DNA of 48,726 nt, the filler included, from Trypethelium eluteriae (lineage: Eukaryota), in assembly GCA_051942245.1 (NCBI GenBank). It is 2 parts of 2 records of this genome, joined end to end, with 100 filler letters (N's around TTAATTAATTAA, not from the genome) between each part and the next. Parts side by side here need not be neighbours in the genome. Positions count along the whole stretch, not along the records: positions 24,466 to 48,726 come from JAVECL010000405.1; 1 more part is not named here. One strand, written 5' to 3'. Shown piece by piece: positions 35,561-48,726 of the stretch. How positions within the stretch are numbered: position 1 is the first letter of the stretch; each line of letters begins with the position of its first letter. The translations under genes were made by a program, and so were the position numbers. The notes under the pieces were generated by a model. It ran no database searches. It was not told the origin of the DNA and was given only the letters and a program-made list of their open reading frames with translations.

Positions 35561-38445
35561 TGTCTTGATTTATCGAATAATGTCGAGACAAAGCGGTGAG
35601 AGGAGTCCCGATCTTGACCTGAGGCCCGTCTTGATTTGTAACAAGCGAGGGAGGTGTCGTAGGTGGGGAAGTGTAAAGGATTTATTGCAGCCCCACAAGT
35701 CGCCTCCGATGGGAGTGGACTCGGTTCTGGTAATGTTCCGGCCGTCGCAAGAAATTGATGTGTGAGTGCATTCTGCGACACTGTGGTCGTACGAAATTCA
35801 AGGCAGGTCGGAGGTAGTAGGGATTGTTTTCGCACTTAGCGCTTCAAGGGTGTCGGGTCGTAGGCAGATTCATAAGCGGCGTAACTCGAGAAAACAAACA
35901 GCCAAAAGGGAAACACTCAAGGACTAGATGCTTCAATTTGTGTTCCTCGGAGAGAGCAAGTGTTCAGAAGCGGCGCAAGGTGAGGTAGGGTTGAAATCGA
36001 GGGTGGTAAAAGTGGTGATAGGGTTTGTTGATGTCCGGTCAGGAGTGACGAAAATGTGTGAACGGCGGTGCATGAAGCCGGGCGGGCCGCTGCAGATTCG
36101 TTGTCCGCAACCCTGGTCCTGTCTCCTGCCACGAGCGACCGACAACTACCGTATGTGATTGCATATACTCTACAGCTGGGCTTGCGGATGGGAAAAAAGA
36201 AAGATACCGTGTGCAATGTTCACGGAAAAGTGCATCGTCTTCCACTCGTCGTTATGAAGCTACCTATCTATATCTATCACTTCGCCTCCCATCCATTCTG
36301 AGCGACATCACAACAGTTCAATCCCAACGTCTCCATCCGTGCAGCGAATGACAATTGCCGCTCCTATCCTAACTCTTCGTATTGGTCGACCCCATGCAAG
36401 TGCAGATGCCCAGCACAGCGCTTCCCCCATTTTTCGCTGTCGTGGTATCCTCCGATTGACCTCGTTCTATGCACCTAGCTGAACGCTGCAGCAATCACAC
36501 CGCGTCCAACCACAACTGGACGTTGAACGCTGAACTCTCCTAAGACATGTGTGCGCGGGGGCGCGGACGCGTTCGGCCCGTGTAGCGGTAAATACAGTGG
36601 TTGGTGGGGTGATGAACATAATTGCGGTTAAGAGCCATAAAGATGAATTTATGAGTCTTTATGCACCAGGTAGGTGGATTAGGCATCAATTCCCATCCAT
36701 TGCACGTGATGCGTCTTTGCTTGCGTCCCGTCTCAAAAGCCGCTAATATAGGACATCTACCTTAGCCACCCACGCCACCTAGTGATCCCATTTGTGACAC
36801 TACCCCCGCCTACACGCAGGACACCACCAACGTGGGCGTCGATACGTAGCTACCTACTATGTCCCTTTTGCCATTTCCTGGACACCTATCGGATGTATCG
36901 CTTACCCTGTTTCATCTCCACATTTGACCCACTCAGAGAGCTTGCGTATCACCATACCATTGTTCAGAACGGGTTTACAATGTAAGGAGATGGCCTGCGC
37001 TATCTCAGCTCAAATTGGTCTCCGCCACGTGCTTGACGTCTCGCTTATCCTGAATAAGCTTGGTTCAATATAACAGGTATGCTGAATACAAGGCGTCTTT
37101 ATCTGTAATCGATGAGATAATAATTAGTGAAATCCTCTCAAATATGAGTGACCCCAGACGGAGTGCTATGACTACCGCTAATAAGCTACTAGGTAGGCGG
37201 AGCGCCATTGGCTTAACAGAAGAACTGGGGGGTGGCATCCGCAACACCACGCGGATTACCAGGGGCGGCAGCAAAGGACAGTAATTGTGCAGGAGTTTAC
37301 GCCAGAAGGCAATGATCGTCAGGTGCACCTCTTACCGCCATTGACGCCACTCCTAAATTCCACGAAAAATGCTTGCTTTTCCGGCACTTTGCAGCCACCT
37401 GGTCGCCACTGAGGTCCTATAGCGAGCGCGAGCAAAGACCGTAATCTACGATCATGTCCGAGCGTCGGTAAGCGAGACTCGTTCCGCGCTGCTGATAGCT
37501 ATTTAGATAGTACGCTGTGCGACACCCCGCTCTCAGCTGAGGCAGGATTTTCGATAGCCCTATTTTCATGCTTCGAGAACTTTCAGCACGCCTGTCGTCG
37601 AAAGCATGCAGCTGTAACGGTGGGGCAGGCGTCCGGTGGCTTCTTCCCCGGTGGTGTCCACGTGTATCAGCCACAGAGACCAATCAATTTTTAGCACTAA
37701 GGAAAGGACTGCACCCATCCACTCGCTTCGTTAGTCTCTCGTGGTACAAGAGAGTTTTGGGTGTACGACAGCTATTTCAGCCGTGCCTGGAAATTCTAGA
37801 CAGAAAGCTTCATCATCATCGAGGCTGAATCACTTCTGTCGCATACTCGTAAATCCTTAGTTTAGTTATTTTACCAACATTTTCTGGTCAAACTTCGCCT
37901 CTTAGCACCAACTGAGATGTGCGTTTAATGCCGCTAACATGTCTGAATGGGGAGTCTCAGACTAAAATCGCCCTCCTGAACACGAAATCTCAAGAGGCGG
38001 GACACAAAGTAAAGAAAGACACTACACTGCCTCGGGGAAATAACAAAGCCATCGCCATCCTTCTGCAGGAACAAGAGACCCAGCTAGAGAAGAGTGACTA
38101 ACAAATAAACTAAGACGGCGGCAATCATGACATAATAGTAGCGCTCGCTCCGACTGCCCAAAAGATCGTAGCAAAACGTCAGACCATACCATTCAACCCT
38201 GGTCGTCGTACTATCATGACGGAGATGACAAAATGCAAGAAAAAATAGCCATCTGGCCAAAAGCCGTGAAATTGTAAGAATCCCCGAAACTTTTTTTTTC
38301 CGCTCCAGTAAATTTTAGAGAAATTAGGCCCGAAAAAAACAGTGCTAGTAGTAGTAATAATTGCAAAGACAACAGACAATAGAAAGATGGCAGAACAAAG
38401 TCAAAACATAAGGCGTCCCAATCCATCGCACATCTACAGCCCTCC

Positions 38446-40559
38446 TCAAATCATTCCGGCAAAACTATCCAAAGGATTGCCCGTCTGCAGTTGCAGCGGT
38501 ATTCGCTGCCGCTGTTGTTGCTGCTGAGGGGCAAACTGCTGATGCTGTTGTTGAAGATGATGTGGTTGATGATGATGTTGCTGCTGCTGCGTATGATGCG
38601 AATGCAACTGCTGCTGCGTCTGCACCTGAAGGTGCGCCCTAATTTCCGCATCCAGCTGAGCCTGCTTCTCAGACTCGCTGACGGGCGACTCGTCGGACTG
38701 GTAATCAGACCGAAGTCGCGAGGCAGGCGATGCGCTCGTCGCCGTCGTCGTCGTTGTTGTAGCCGAAGCGTTAGACGCCGCGCGAGCACGCATGCTTGCT
38801 GGGGTTTCGCGCCGGCGCTTGGGACCGTCTTTGACTTTCGGGTGCGTGTGGCACTGGAGGCGAAGTTAGTCATCATCAGTAATAAGGCTGAATTGGGAAG
38901 ACAAGGGGCTTGAACGTACCTTGTAGGCATGACGAAACCATGTCGTCCCTTTCTTCTTGCTGCTGACGAGACTGATCCAGTCACCGCAACTACCACAATG
39001 GCCCTAGAAATGCGTTAGCTTTGTTTACTCGTATTATTGCTACTGCCACTGTAGCTCGAAATGCATGGCTCACCTCCCAAACGTCCGCATTTCCCTCTGT
39101 CCGCCTCGTTTCCTGCGGCCCTTGGAATGCAGCGCCCGTCGCAGCGCTGACACCATGCGTGAAGCTCTTGTCGTACCAGAAGGCGCTGTTTTTCAACACG
39201 AGCCACCGTCCCGGCTTGCACAATCCACACCAACCCTCGCGCTTGTTGCCGTGTCCGCGCACCCATCTCGGCGTGTACAGATCGCCCGTGAATCGCAAAT
39301 CCTGTTCGTGAGGAACGAGATCTGGGTCGGATGGATGCATATCCTCCTCTGGCGGATCGTCTGGCGTTTCGTTTAGAGAGCTATAGAGATCCGGTGGGGA
39401 GGATGGTTCAGTCGCTGTTGAGAACGGATGAGCGTGACCCTCGGAATTGCTATGGAGCATACGGAAAAGACCTTGAGATGGAAGGGGCCTTGGGGCATTT
39501 TGAAATGGGTGAAGCTCCGCAGGTGGATAGAATACGCCGTTGCTGGTATGCGAAAGGCCTGATGAGGGGTAATACACATTCTGAGTTTGCGGTTGTTGAT
39601 TGTGTGGTCCATTAAGACTATAGGTGGAGGTGGAGTGGTACGGCATGCCTCGAGACGTGTTTCCTGGGAATCTATCGTGCATGTGATTAATAGAATGGGA
39701 ATTCGAAAGGCCTGATGTTGGGACGCTCGTTCCGATTGTCCATCGTTTTGATCGGTCACTTCCCATACCGTAAGGAGAAGCGCGCATGCTGTGCTGGGAA
39801 GCTGGGGACGTTCGAGAGCGACTCCCTCGTCTAGATTGGTCGAAAGGAAGTTGCGAATTTCGCGGCGATGTGATTGGAGACATCCATGTCGAAGCAGGGT
39901 CAAAGGTAGATTCCCAGTCCGAAGCATGAGATATACTCTCCGAAGGCTGGAGATCTTCAATACTAGAAAAGTCGCCCCCAGTTGACATTGAAAACGATGA
40001 CCCCGACATACGCTTTGTTGGATCAACGCCCATAGACATTGATACAGAGGGAACGTCTAATGCGCCAAATTGTCGCATGTGAACGACCGGACTGTCATCC
40101 TCAAGCTTTGCAAAGTCTTGTGGAAAATCCGAATGGTCTATATCAACATTAGAAGGGTCCATTGAATTATAAGTTTTTTGGCTCCAAAGATCTACCGTGT
40201 ACGGTCAATCAACGCTGATTGGATCCTTGACAAGGCTTTTTAGACATACCTAAGGACGGTTGCGCAGGATGCAACGGCTCGACCTGTTCCCTAATGCCCC
40301 CGGCGCCATGCTGCTGGGATAATTGGGATTGCATGCTCATGGGCCGTGGAACGATGTTCTGGGTTTCCTCCGCGCCGTTGAAGTCGTTCATTGGGCTGTT
40401 GTACATGCAACCATGTCGCCTCTTCGCCATGGTGGGAGGCTCGGCTTCAGAGGTTGCTCTATTTGGCCAGGCGCCTCGCATGCCCACAGGCTGTTGGACT
40501 GGGAAATGTTGCGGTGAACTCTCTGATACTGGCTGATAGGTCCCGTACGATGGCATCAT
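38446..40559 (-). CDS. DUF4451 / Rua1 C-terminal-domain putative transcription regulator with poly-Q/H tail (639 aa)
   Basis: Exons 40559-40250, 40191-39074, 39003-38920 and 38853-38446 total 1920 nt in frame. Conserved block DLYTPRWVRGHGNKREGWCGLC..WLVLKNSAFWYDKSFTHGVSAATG..EGHCGSCGDWI..WFRHAYKCH. Confidence 0.85.
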
Positions 40560-42145
40560 CGGCAGATTTTGGTCATGCGCATGTCTCTGTTCGATTGTAG
40601 GGTGGTAATTTGAACCAGATTGGTATCTCCTTCAGAAGATTTCAGTTAGTCTATATTTGGGCAACGCTGTAGCGCCGCTCGAAATGATCCGTAAACGTAC
40701 TGTTGCAGTGCATGAAATTCCATTGGAAAAGGTGCGCAGGCCACAGACATTGGTCCAAAGATAGGCTGCCGGTAAGAATGTACTGTTCCACAAAAACTGC
40801 CGTCAGCATTACGTTCGCGCTGGCCATTCGAGCACGTTTACATCGAGCGTGCTGCCCGTGTGATAGAGTGCATGGGAGGTAAGGCAGGTCGAAGCAAGGG
40901 ACTTTTTTTTTCTGGAGCTTTGATAGCGAGACCTACAAAAAGCGCAGCGCAGCAACCGGGCACCGGCGATCAACTTTCGCCGTCCAAGCTGAGAAGATTC
41001 TTTGACGCAAGAGACCGGACTGGGCGTGAGAGGAATGCTTTTAACGGAATATGGAGCCTGCTCCGAAGGGGGTTCTTCAAGCAAAGGCGGAGAAGTTTTA
41101 TAGAAGCAGATGCAAGGCTAGAAAAGAAAAGAAAAGAGAAAAATAAAGTTGTCGATCAACGTGGCAGTGGAGACGAGGTATCAACAAGATGGGGGAAAAG
41201 TACAGTAGAGGTATGGAAGCGGGTATCGAAGCTTGTCGTGCAAGGACGTTCCAGATGATACTTTCCGAGGTTGATTCAAGTGTTTGGAACGCAATGCTGG
41301 AACAGTCAGAGCAGTGAATGGAACTGGCCGAATTTGTCAAGCTGACGTCCGGACAGAGGGCAATAGGCGATATTAAAGTTTTAGAGCAGCATGTTGTCAA
41401 CGGAAGAGTAGGTGGAAGTAGTGCATCTCGGCGTAGGAACCTACTTCGATTAGAGGGATCGTCCGCGCGTCTCCATCATCAGGATTCTAAGCCATTGGGC
41501 TATCGCACACACGATCTTCTCCTTGCCGCGTCGTGATCTGTACGGGCATGGCCCCGGACAGTTAGGCCTGGTGGTGCAGCCCATGCCGCGTATGGGGGCA
41601 GCCGACGGGCGCTGCTGCCGGGTCAAACTGCCTCAGCGCAGCCATAGCGGGCCGTTTGGGTCGGGAGAGCGCTGCGACTGGGGCGTGAGGGCTGTTCGAT
41701 CAGACGTTGGACGTCGCAGGCACCTGGCCACGGCTTGCGTGAAACAGGGAGGCGGGCTCAGACGTAGGGAAGCCAGAAGCGGACCCTTGACGCGATCTGT
41801 GTATTGATCCTGCCACTGCTACCTGCTACCACCACCGCTACCGTGCCTACCGTGCCTGCCTACCTAGCACACCTAGTAGCTCACCAACACAGCCACGCCT
41901 GCACAGCGGTTGGCCACGGGAGATGAGGGCGATCGCCCTGGCCTTACCTAAGTGACCCTCGGGCTTGGTCAGGATTGCAAGAACTCGACTGTTCGGGCAG
42001 CGCGCGCCGCCCATTCGAGCCTACACCAGCCTAGAAGCCCGCTCGAAACTTCTCTGCCGGGGCCAGCGAGAGGTCCGCTCCTCCACTCTCTGACAACCTT
42101 ACCTAGACGTCTCGTCGTCAGGACGGTTACGGCCACGGCCAAGAG

Positions 42146-42184
42146 CCAGCGTCGCCAGCGTCACCAGCGTCACCAGCGTCACCA
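42146..42184 (+). repeat. 9-bp tandem repeat (CCAGCGTCR) x4
   Basis: ccagcgtcg ccagcgtca ccagcgtca ccagcgtca cca read directly from the sequence. Confidence 0.8.
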
Positions 42185-45100
42185 TGACATGGCCTGATGT
42201 GCGCTGACCGCACCCAGATGGACACTGTCGACACGGTTGCCAGAATTCCGTCTTGGCAACCCGTGCTGAATTGCCCCAGCACCTTCAGCGGCTGCTTTTT
42301 TCTGCAGAGAGGCCTACCTATCTAGGCAGGTGGAATCACCGCTAATTAGCAGAGTTTGTTGTTCATCAGCCCTTAAATGCGCGTCGAGCGGAATAGGGGA
42401 GATTGATGACGCCAACTGCGCCAATTTGCTCTACGGGAGACCAATCACGCCACGGCTTCCCTCTCACCAACATTCCGCCCTGAACGTCTTCCCTTCCACA
42501 CGCCCGAAAAACTGCAGCTAATTATCAGCCTCTGCGTATTGCCCAGCTGGAACCTGCCGTCTACCTAGGCATCTCCGTCCTTTGTCATCTTTACTCACGC
42601 TATTAGGGCCGAGGCACGGATCCATTATTGCGGTGAGACACTACCACCCTACTCTATCATCCGTCGATAATTAGGGGTAAAATTTTCAAGCAATAGTAAC
42701 CGACCTGCGGCTGGTATCAACAACATCTTGATCACCTCATGCTGAGGCCAGTACGGCCCGGTCCACCGGACTGGCAATCCTGCGCTGACCCTAGACTCTC
42801 CACATGGTCATTACCCTGCTCATCACCTGCATGCCGTTCTTTTTCCTCTTCCCGTGTAATATGCGTCTCTATTTCAGCAATACTCTAGGGATATTGAGCT
42901 GGACTCCTCCCTTATCCCTGCATATAACTAAGCCCTGTGAACAATCGGGTAAAAGATCAACCCCTTCTAGCGCCTAGTTGGTCGTCTCCAGGGTTGAGGA
43001 GGGAAGGGATTGGGACGGACGAGAAGCAGATCGCTGCCCAACTCATACAATTCGCTGACCAGGATTGTGACTTCCCGGTGGCATGCACCATGGAGGAATT
43101 CCTGTTGGTACCAGATGAGCTGTGAATGTTTCATCTCCAAGAAACTGGCAAGCGTGACCTGAGTACTCTCGCTAAGATACTTTCAAGCCGTTGAGATACC
43201 AGACCCGATCCGTCGCCGTTGCCAGACTAGCTCCTCCGGTCCGCATCTTCAGAGCGTTGAAGTCGGTAGGGTACAGTACGTGGAACGAAGAAGACGGTAA
43301 GCCGTGTGACAACAATAGGCACAGAACATGGCACCTGCTTTGACTCGCATATCTATGGCAACGTCTCAGTCTGCTAACCGGCGGCTCCCGTGAAGTGTCA
43401 ATCACGCAAAGAAATTCGTTGACACGTTGAAGGTAATCCGAGCTGATCGATTCAGAAGTTGCATAAGGGATGAGGGAAAAGCACAACTGCAATTCTTCTA
43501 GATTATAGCTGGCTCCTTCAGCGCCACTTCAGATCAATGCAGACGTTCAAAAATCCAACCTGTTGGTCTCCTTACCGCTGGACGCACCATCCCTTTTCCT
43601 CAGTCAAGATTGTTAACAAAAAAGTCAGGCTGGCGAAGATCACACAGTCTACGGTACTAACCGCGGTAAAAGCCTGGTCAAGCTGTTCAGAGTGTACTGG
43701 GGCGTCGCTGAAGATTTAGCGCACGTCATAGTTCGCAACAGTCATCCCGGAGATTAGGTTCATGGGCTTGCATCCATGCTTCGAGCACCGTCCACGCGAA
43801 AATTCCTGCAGAATCGCAACCGCTAAGACGCTACTGCCACCGCCAGCTGCATGTTCATCCTAAACAGAGGCCTTGCAAAAGAGAAAGCGGACCAATGGGG
43901 AGGAAAGGGGAATAAAGTATATGTACAGAAAAAAATAGAAAACTCAAAGGTCTGTCCTCTTCTTTAATTGACTATTTTCGTGGATCTGATCTGGAGCATG
44001 CGAATAAGGTAGTGGCGAACTCTATTCAGCCATGCTAACGGCCTATGTCCAGTTGCCAAACGCTTGTCGTGGTTCCTTCCATTCAGTCGCCAAGCACAAT
44101 AACGACACTCATTCACAAATTGAGCAGGGCTTAACCAAATAGTCTGTAGGAAAGCCTCGGCCACAGTGGCGATGCTCTAATGATTAGTTGGCGTAGTCGC
44201 CTTAGGATACCAAGGTCTGTACTGTTCTAATCGCCGCATCTCTAACATCAGGTTAAGTTTCACTAAGAATCAAATGCACAGGCCTACAGGTGTACGAAAT
44301 AAACCCGGGAGAATGTGCAAGTTGGGACTGATTTCAACTAGAATGACCGGTTTTCAGGAGCTCCTCACGCCACAGATAGGTCTCTAAAGATCTGTCGGTC
44401 TGCCTCAGGTTTATCTAGTTAAGGATCAGATGGACAGTTATCCGGAGACCTCGATCAGTAAGACAGAAAATTCCATGTGCATGAGAAGATCGCTCCTAAA
44501 GCGTCAGGCGATAGAGGGAATAAAGTCAGGAACGGGTTGAGATGAGGAATCGTGGAAGAAAGAGAGAAGGATTAGCCGAAGTCCTCGATTTGGCTCCAAG
44601 TACGAAATGTCCAAGAGATGCATTCCCAGGTGGACACAAGACCGTTATCGGCATTCCAAGGCCTTCACATGGGTAAGGGATAAACGTCATCTTTCGAGAA
44701 ATCAGCCAATAGTACCAGTGAAGCTTGTCACTCCCTGTAAGTGCTATATGGATCTCTTAGCATATGAAGAATTTTCTTGCTGAAGACATGTCAAAGAGCC
44801 ACTGATTGAGCACGAAAGTGAAAATGGCCGTAGTAGTACGGTCTCATGCGAAGTATGATTTTCTGGAAGAGAACCAACAAGTCCGGCTCTGTAAATGTCC
44901 CAGTCCCACTACCGATATAATCTCGTACTGTTGTCGTCAATGAAATCTTGTCGCAGGTCACTTCTACAAATACTTGTCAAGAGCTTGCCGATGGACAAGG
45001 GCTAAGTCGCAAAAATTACTCTACGCCTGCAGGAAAGCCCGTGGCTCAACAAGGTAAATGCTTGCTACCTGCATCGACCTAGACAGACCCAGGAGCTTGG

Positions 45101-47435
45101 CTCAACGTGGTTCCCGCATCACTTTAAAAAACACCATTAAGCCAGGTTCATAGGCCTGTGTCAAAGACACTCAGCGTTTTACACATCATGGGAGGAATTT
45201 CGCCAGACGAGAGGGTCCGTTGTCATCGAATATGCATTCGCAGTACTCTCTCGTCAAGGCTTCATGTTGCCGTAACTGGGGTCACCAACCCGCCGCGGAG
45301 AAAGCGTGAGGTGTCGTGAGATGCCGTACAAATGAGGCCCGTGCATGGAGACGCTAGAGTAGGGGAAGACCAGGCCTTCAGATGCGCTCGATTCTCAGCA
45401 TCCTCGCCCATGACACATTGGGCCCAAGTGGGAGCCCGAACAGCACCAGGGTCGGAAAGAAATAGCATATAATAAATTGGGTTGAAAGTGCCAATGTTCA
45501 TCTGTGGTGTAATGTGATCGTGCGACTCTCTCCAAGAACATGACCTAATACGGAGTACTTTGCCACCATCCCGGCCTTGGTAATCCCCGGGTCAGACTGT
45601 TTGGTTATCATACCAAGATTGCACTCTTGGGATGCTGGGATAAAAGATCATTGTTTCATCTTGAACCCCTCTCGGAATGCTCATGTTCGGCGTCGCTCAA
45701 CCTGCAGCTCGTGGACAACCTGGTTATACCCCGGCGAGAATCCTAGCAACGGATGGCGCTGCATCGATGGCTTTAAACTTTGGCTAAGGAATTAATGATA
45801 TCATAGTCAGTGGAAGCAGACCCTAAAATTAGGCTTGATACCCTGCGCTCTCATTCTTGCAAACTTCATTGATTGAGGTTCATACGTCGTGAATATTGAT
45901 CTCACCAAGGCCTACGTAGGGTAAATCATCTTCCGACATCCTGTCTCTCTGTTAAAGGCAGATGCTGAACGATGCAATCAGAGCTCTAGGTACCGAATGC
46001 AATTGAACGAGCTTGACACAGTCGTGTGGTGCGATAGTATACGAATGTTCGAGTCCTGCTGTGGTAGAACTCTTGAGCCGAGGGTGTGAGTGTGCGAGGA
46101 GTGTGGGGATGATAGCAAGGGTTTTGATTGATCCTTTTGGCAAGTACATGCTGAAAAAGGAGCGGCCACGAACTGACTACCCCACTCTTTGTGAAGAGAA
46201 GACTCCTTTAGCACGGATAGCCTGCACGGTATTTCTGTGGATCAAGACATCGAGCAAGAATCGTGTGCGAAGATCGGCACGAGGATTGTACACAGCAAGC
46301 AGCTGCTTGGAGCCTTTTCACTTCTGGCGTCGGGCTAATCGCTACAGCAGAATTTTGACTTAGCCCTAGTAAAGATCGAATGTAGTTTCTTCTCAAGTCA
46401 AGACGGTTTAATGTAGTTGGCTACGGTGTAGCATACAATGCCAGTCTTGCCTCTACCGAAGCACCATAGAAATTTTTAGTGCGGTCCGCGTCTGGAATGT
46501 TTCGCACATGGTGGATGACGTAAGCTGGACGGGAACCCACCAGGTACCCTACTCGGCCGGCTTCGCGGGTGAAGCCATTATCCTAGCTTTACCCCTACAT
46601 ATCATCCTGGGATTCGAGAGCAGTCAGTGCTTGCAGGATTGTGCCCATGACTCCACCCCACTCAACTCCTAGGTATCCACCAGGGTCGACGCTCTAGCTC
46701 CCAAGCAGAGACGAAATGCGGACGAGCATCTGCGGAGACTGCATGGTAGCATCCATTGTCGCTCCTTTCGTTTCACTTTGTCGCGTTCTGCAGTAGGAGA
46801 GAAGGCAAGTGTCGATGAATCAACAGTACAGCGGTTCTCGAATCGAGCTGCGCCTTCACTACACTTTGGGAGGAACCTCTGTATAACTGTGTTAGTAGGT
46901 CCCGTGCAATTCACTTTAACAGTATTCAGAACACCACTAATGGTAAAGCCCGCCTTCAATCCATGTATTCTGAGATCGGTGCATTCTTGCTCGAGCTTCG
47001 GGATATCCTCAACAAACATCATTAGCTGCGTTCCGATGTCGAGAAGCGTGCTGTTCCCGTTGCTACATAGGAAGAGCCGGATCGCCCTTCAGTCGCTCCA
47101 AGACACCGAGTCTCATCTAAAGTACAAGGCGCTGAAGCCTCTAAGTCCAACACGCGCGCTGTAGTCACAACTTGCTACCAAGGTCTTTTAGCGATGACGC
47201 CGGCTTATCGCACGTTTCAATAATGACTCGATCCGAGAATTTAGGTCTTCGCAAAAGGATGCATTGTCAGATATGCACCGTTATGTATCGCTTGGGTAGG
47301 TAGGCGAGTCCGAGCTACGGACCCACTGTATTACCGAAGGGAGGCGTGCTCGTATTCAGTCCGGACCATGACAACAACTCGTTTCGCTTGAGCCAGTAGA
47401 GAAGATTGATTTCATTCTATTATGCATTTCGGGCA

Positions 47436-48040
47436 ATGCTCTGCTTTCTTAATCTTGGCGCGGGAGCCGACTTTGATCTTAATAAAGCTTGAGCAGACGG
47501 CAAAATCATGACTATATTACCAGATGGTAATGATATTAACACACTGGTCGACGGACTGTCATTGCCAGAGGGTATTGATGTTTCCATCTCTACTGTTCGA
47601 ATCTTTCGGAGTTCTATGAGCATCCCAGGCACGGTCAGATCGATCGATCGCGGAGGGGCACATCCAAAGCAGGTCAAAGTCGTATCTTCAATCCAGGCAT
47701 GAAAGTCTCAAACGAGACAGCAAGCAAGATATCTGATATCCAACTCTTTGTTGATCATCTCCTTGAGCCCATCGATCTAGAGATAGATCCCTACCTGGTC
47801 CCAGGCTCTCTATTGGACTGATCGTGGCGAGTATTCGCTCGGAAATACGCTCAGCAGAGCAGACGTCGGCCTCGAAGCAGCCATCAAAGTCATCACACTT
47901 GCTCGAAATTGCCACGACACATGTGCCGCAGATTGCAGTGGTATGATGAGTTGCATCAATATGGATGGTCTGATAGGCACAGAAATGTTGACTCTAGCAA
48001 CTACTACACGGGTATTGTGACTGCTTATCTGCATTCAGTG
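47436..48040 (+). pseudogene. Pseudogene of a fungal YWTD (LDL-receptor class B) beta-propeller protein
   Basis: Fragments in shifting frames: LCFLNLGAG..KA*ADGKIMTILPDGNDINTLVDGLSLPEGIDVSISTVRIF.SSM.IP..HPKQ; DIQLFVDHLLEPIDLEID; ALYWTDRGEYSLGNTLSRA (YWTD at 47811-47822); LARNCHD; INMDG; YTGIVTAYL. There is an in-frame TGA at 47490, frameshifts and apparent deletions. Confidence 0.75.
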
Positions 48041-48726
48041 GTCATGCATGAGCGGTATTGGCTTTGGCTTCGTAATCCTTGGAGAAGAATGAATGCGTAA
48101 CGCATCTGGCTTGACCCAGCTAATTAGTTGTCACGCCGTTCAATTATGTTCGGCAAAGCCAACGAAGAGAAAAGAGCGCTAATTGCGATTGATTCCTAAT
48201 AACGAAGGTAAAGGGAGCGCATATCGTGAGCAAAGCTAAGGGGCATGAGACAGTAATCAATTCTAGAGAATGGAGTGATATCGACCCAACACCACAATTA
48301 AGCATATCTTGGTACGTCATGCATATTTTTCGGACCGAAATCGGCATGATCCGAATCTCGTACGTTTTCTGAAAATGGTTCGATGCAGATTGGGCCGTAG
48401 AGAAGTTTGAAGTTCGCAACGAACCTCCTGTTTGAAACGGCTTGGCGCGAAATCTGACTCTGGGTGGTTTCAAAGTCAAAGCGACCACTTTTATATATCA
48501 TGCTATATGGCAGAGCGGCTATAGAACGATCCGAAACATTCTTCTCTGCATCGCTCAACCACTCATTTTCTCTCTCCTCCAATTAAGCAACAAAATAAGC
48601 TCGAAACATGTCCCAGGGATATCTCAAATTCAAAAATCAGGCAAGTAGTAGTGTGACAACACAAGCTTCCCAAAGTCCCACAATTCCCAACGCTTCCCCC
48701 CTCCCCACCTCCACACATCCGCATCC

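Noticed and set aside
46045..46070. tRNA-like B-box GTTCGAGTCCTGC resembling a tRNA-Ser 3' end
   Set aside because: The 5' T-stem strand does not pair, and no acceptor stem, D arm or anticodon arm can be built.
46669..47164. 117-aa and 128-aa opposing ORFs
   Set aside because: No recognisable similarity or splice support.
1..48726. Transposons, rRNA genes, CRISPR arrays
   Set aside because: No transposase or reverse-transcriptase motifs, terminal repeats, AT-rich RIP-like blocks or rRNA-like sequence seen. CRISPR is not expected in a fungal nuclear genome.

Overview
Genomic DNA from a filamentous ascomycete (Pezizomycotina; a narrower placement is not supported from sequence alone), with short GT-AG introns and CTRAC branch sites. 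The window is two contigs joined by an artificial 100-bp spacer (N44-TTAATTAATTAA-N44, 24366-24465), so adjacency across the spacer is unproven. The left contig carries a Kelch-propeller single-pass membrane protein (runs off the window), a 5-exon C2H2 transcription factor, an NCS1 (Fur4/FurD-type) permease, two divergently transcribed orphan secreted proteins with Kex2-type dibasic sites, the STE2 alpha-pheromone receptor, an FHA-like/tandem-BRCT protein, and SLA1 truncated by the gap. The right contig carries the 3' end of a CocE/NonD hydrolase, a hybrid C2H2+Zn2Cys6 transcription factor, an IFRD protein, a possible DEAD-box helicase relic, an orphan secreted protein with a probable GC-AG intron, a conserved coiled-coil protein, a DUF4451/Rua1-type regulator, about 7 kb of gene-poor DNA, and a YWTD-propeller pseudogene. 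The best candidate for an undescribed system is the pair of secreted, Kex2-processed orphan genes next to STE2. Exon boundaries were read by hand and checked for frame. Family assignments come from recalled motifs, not database searches.
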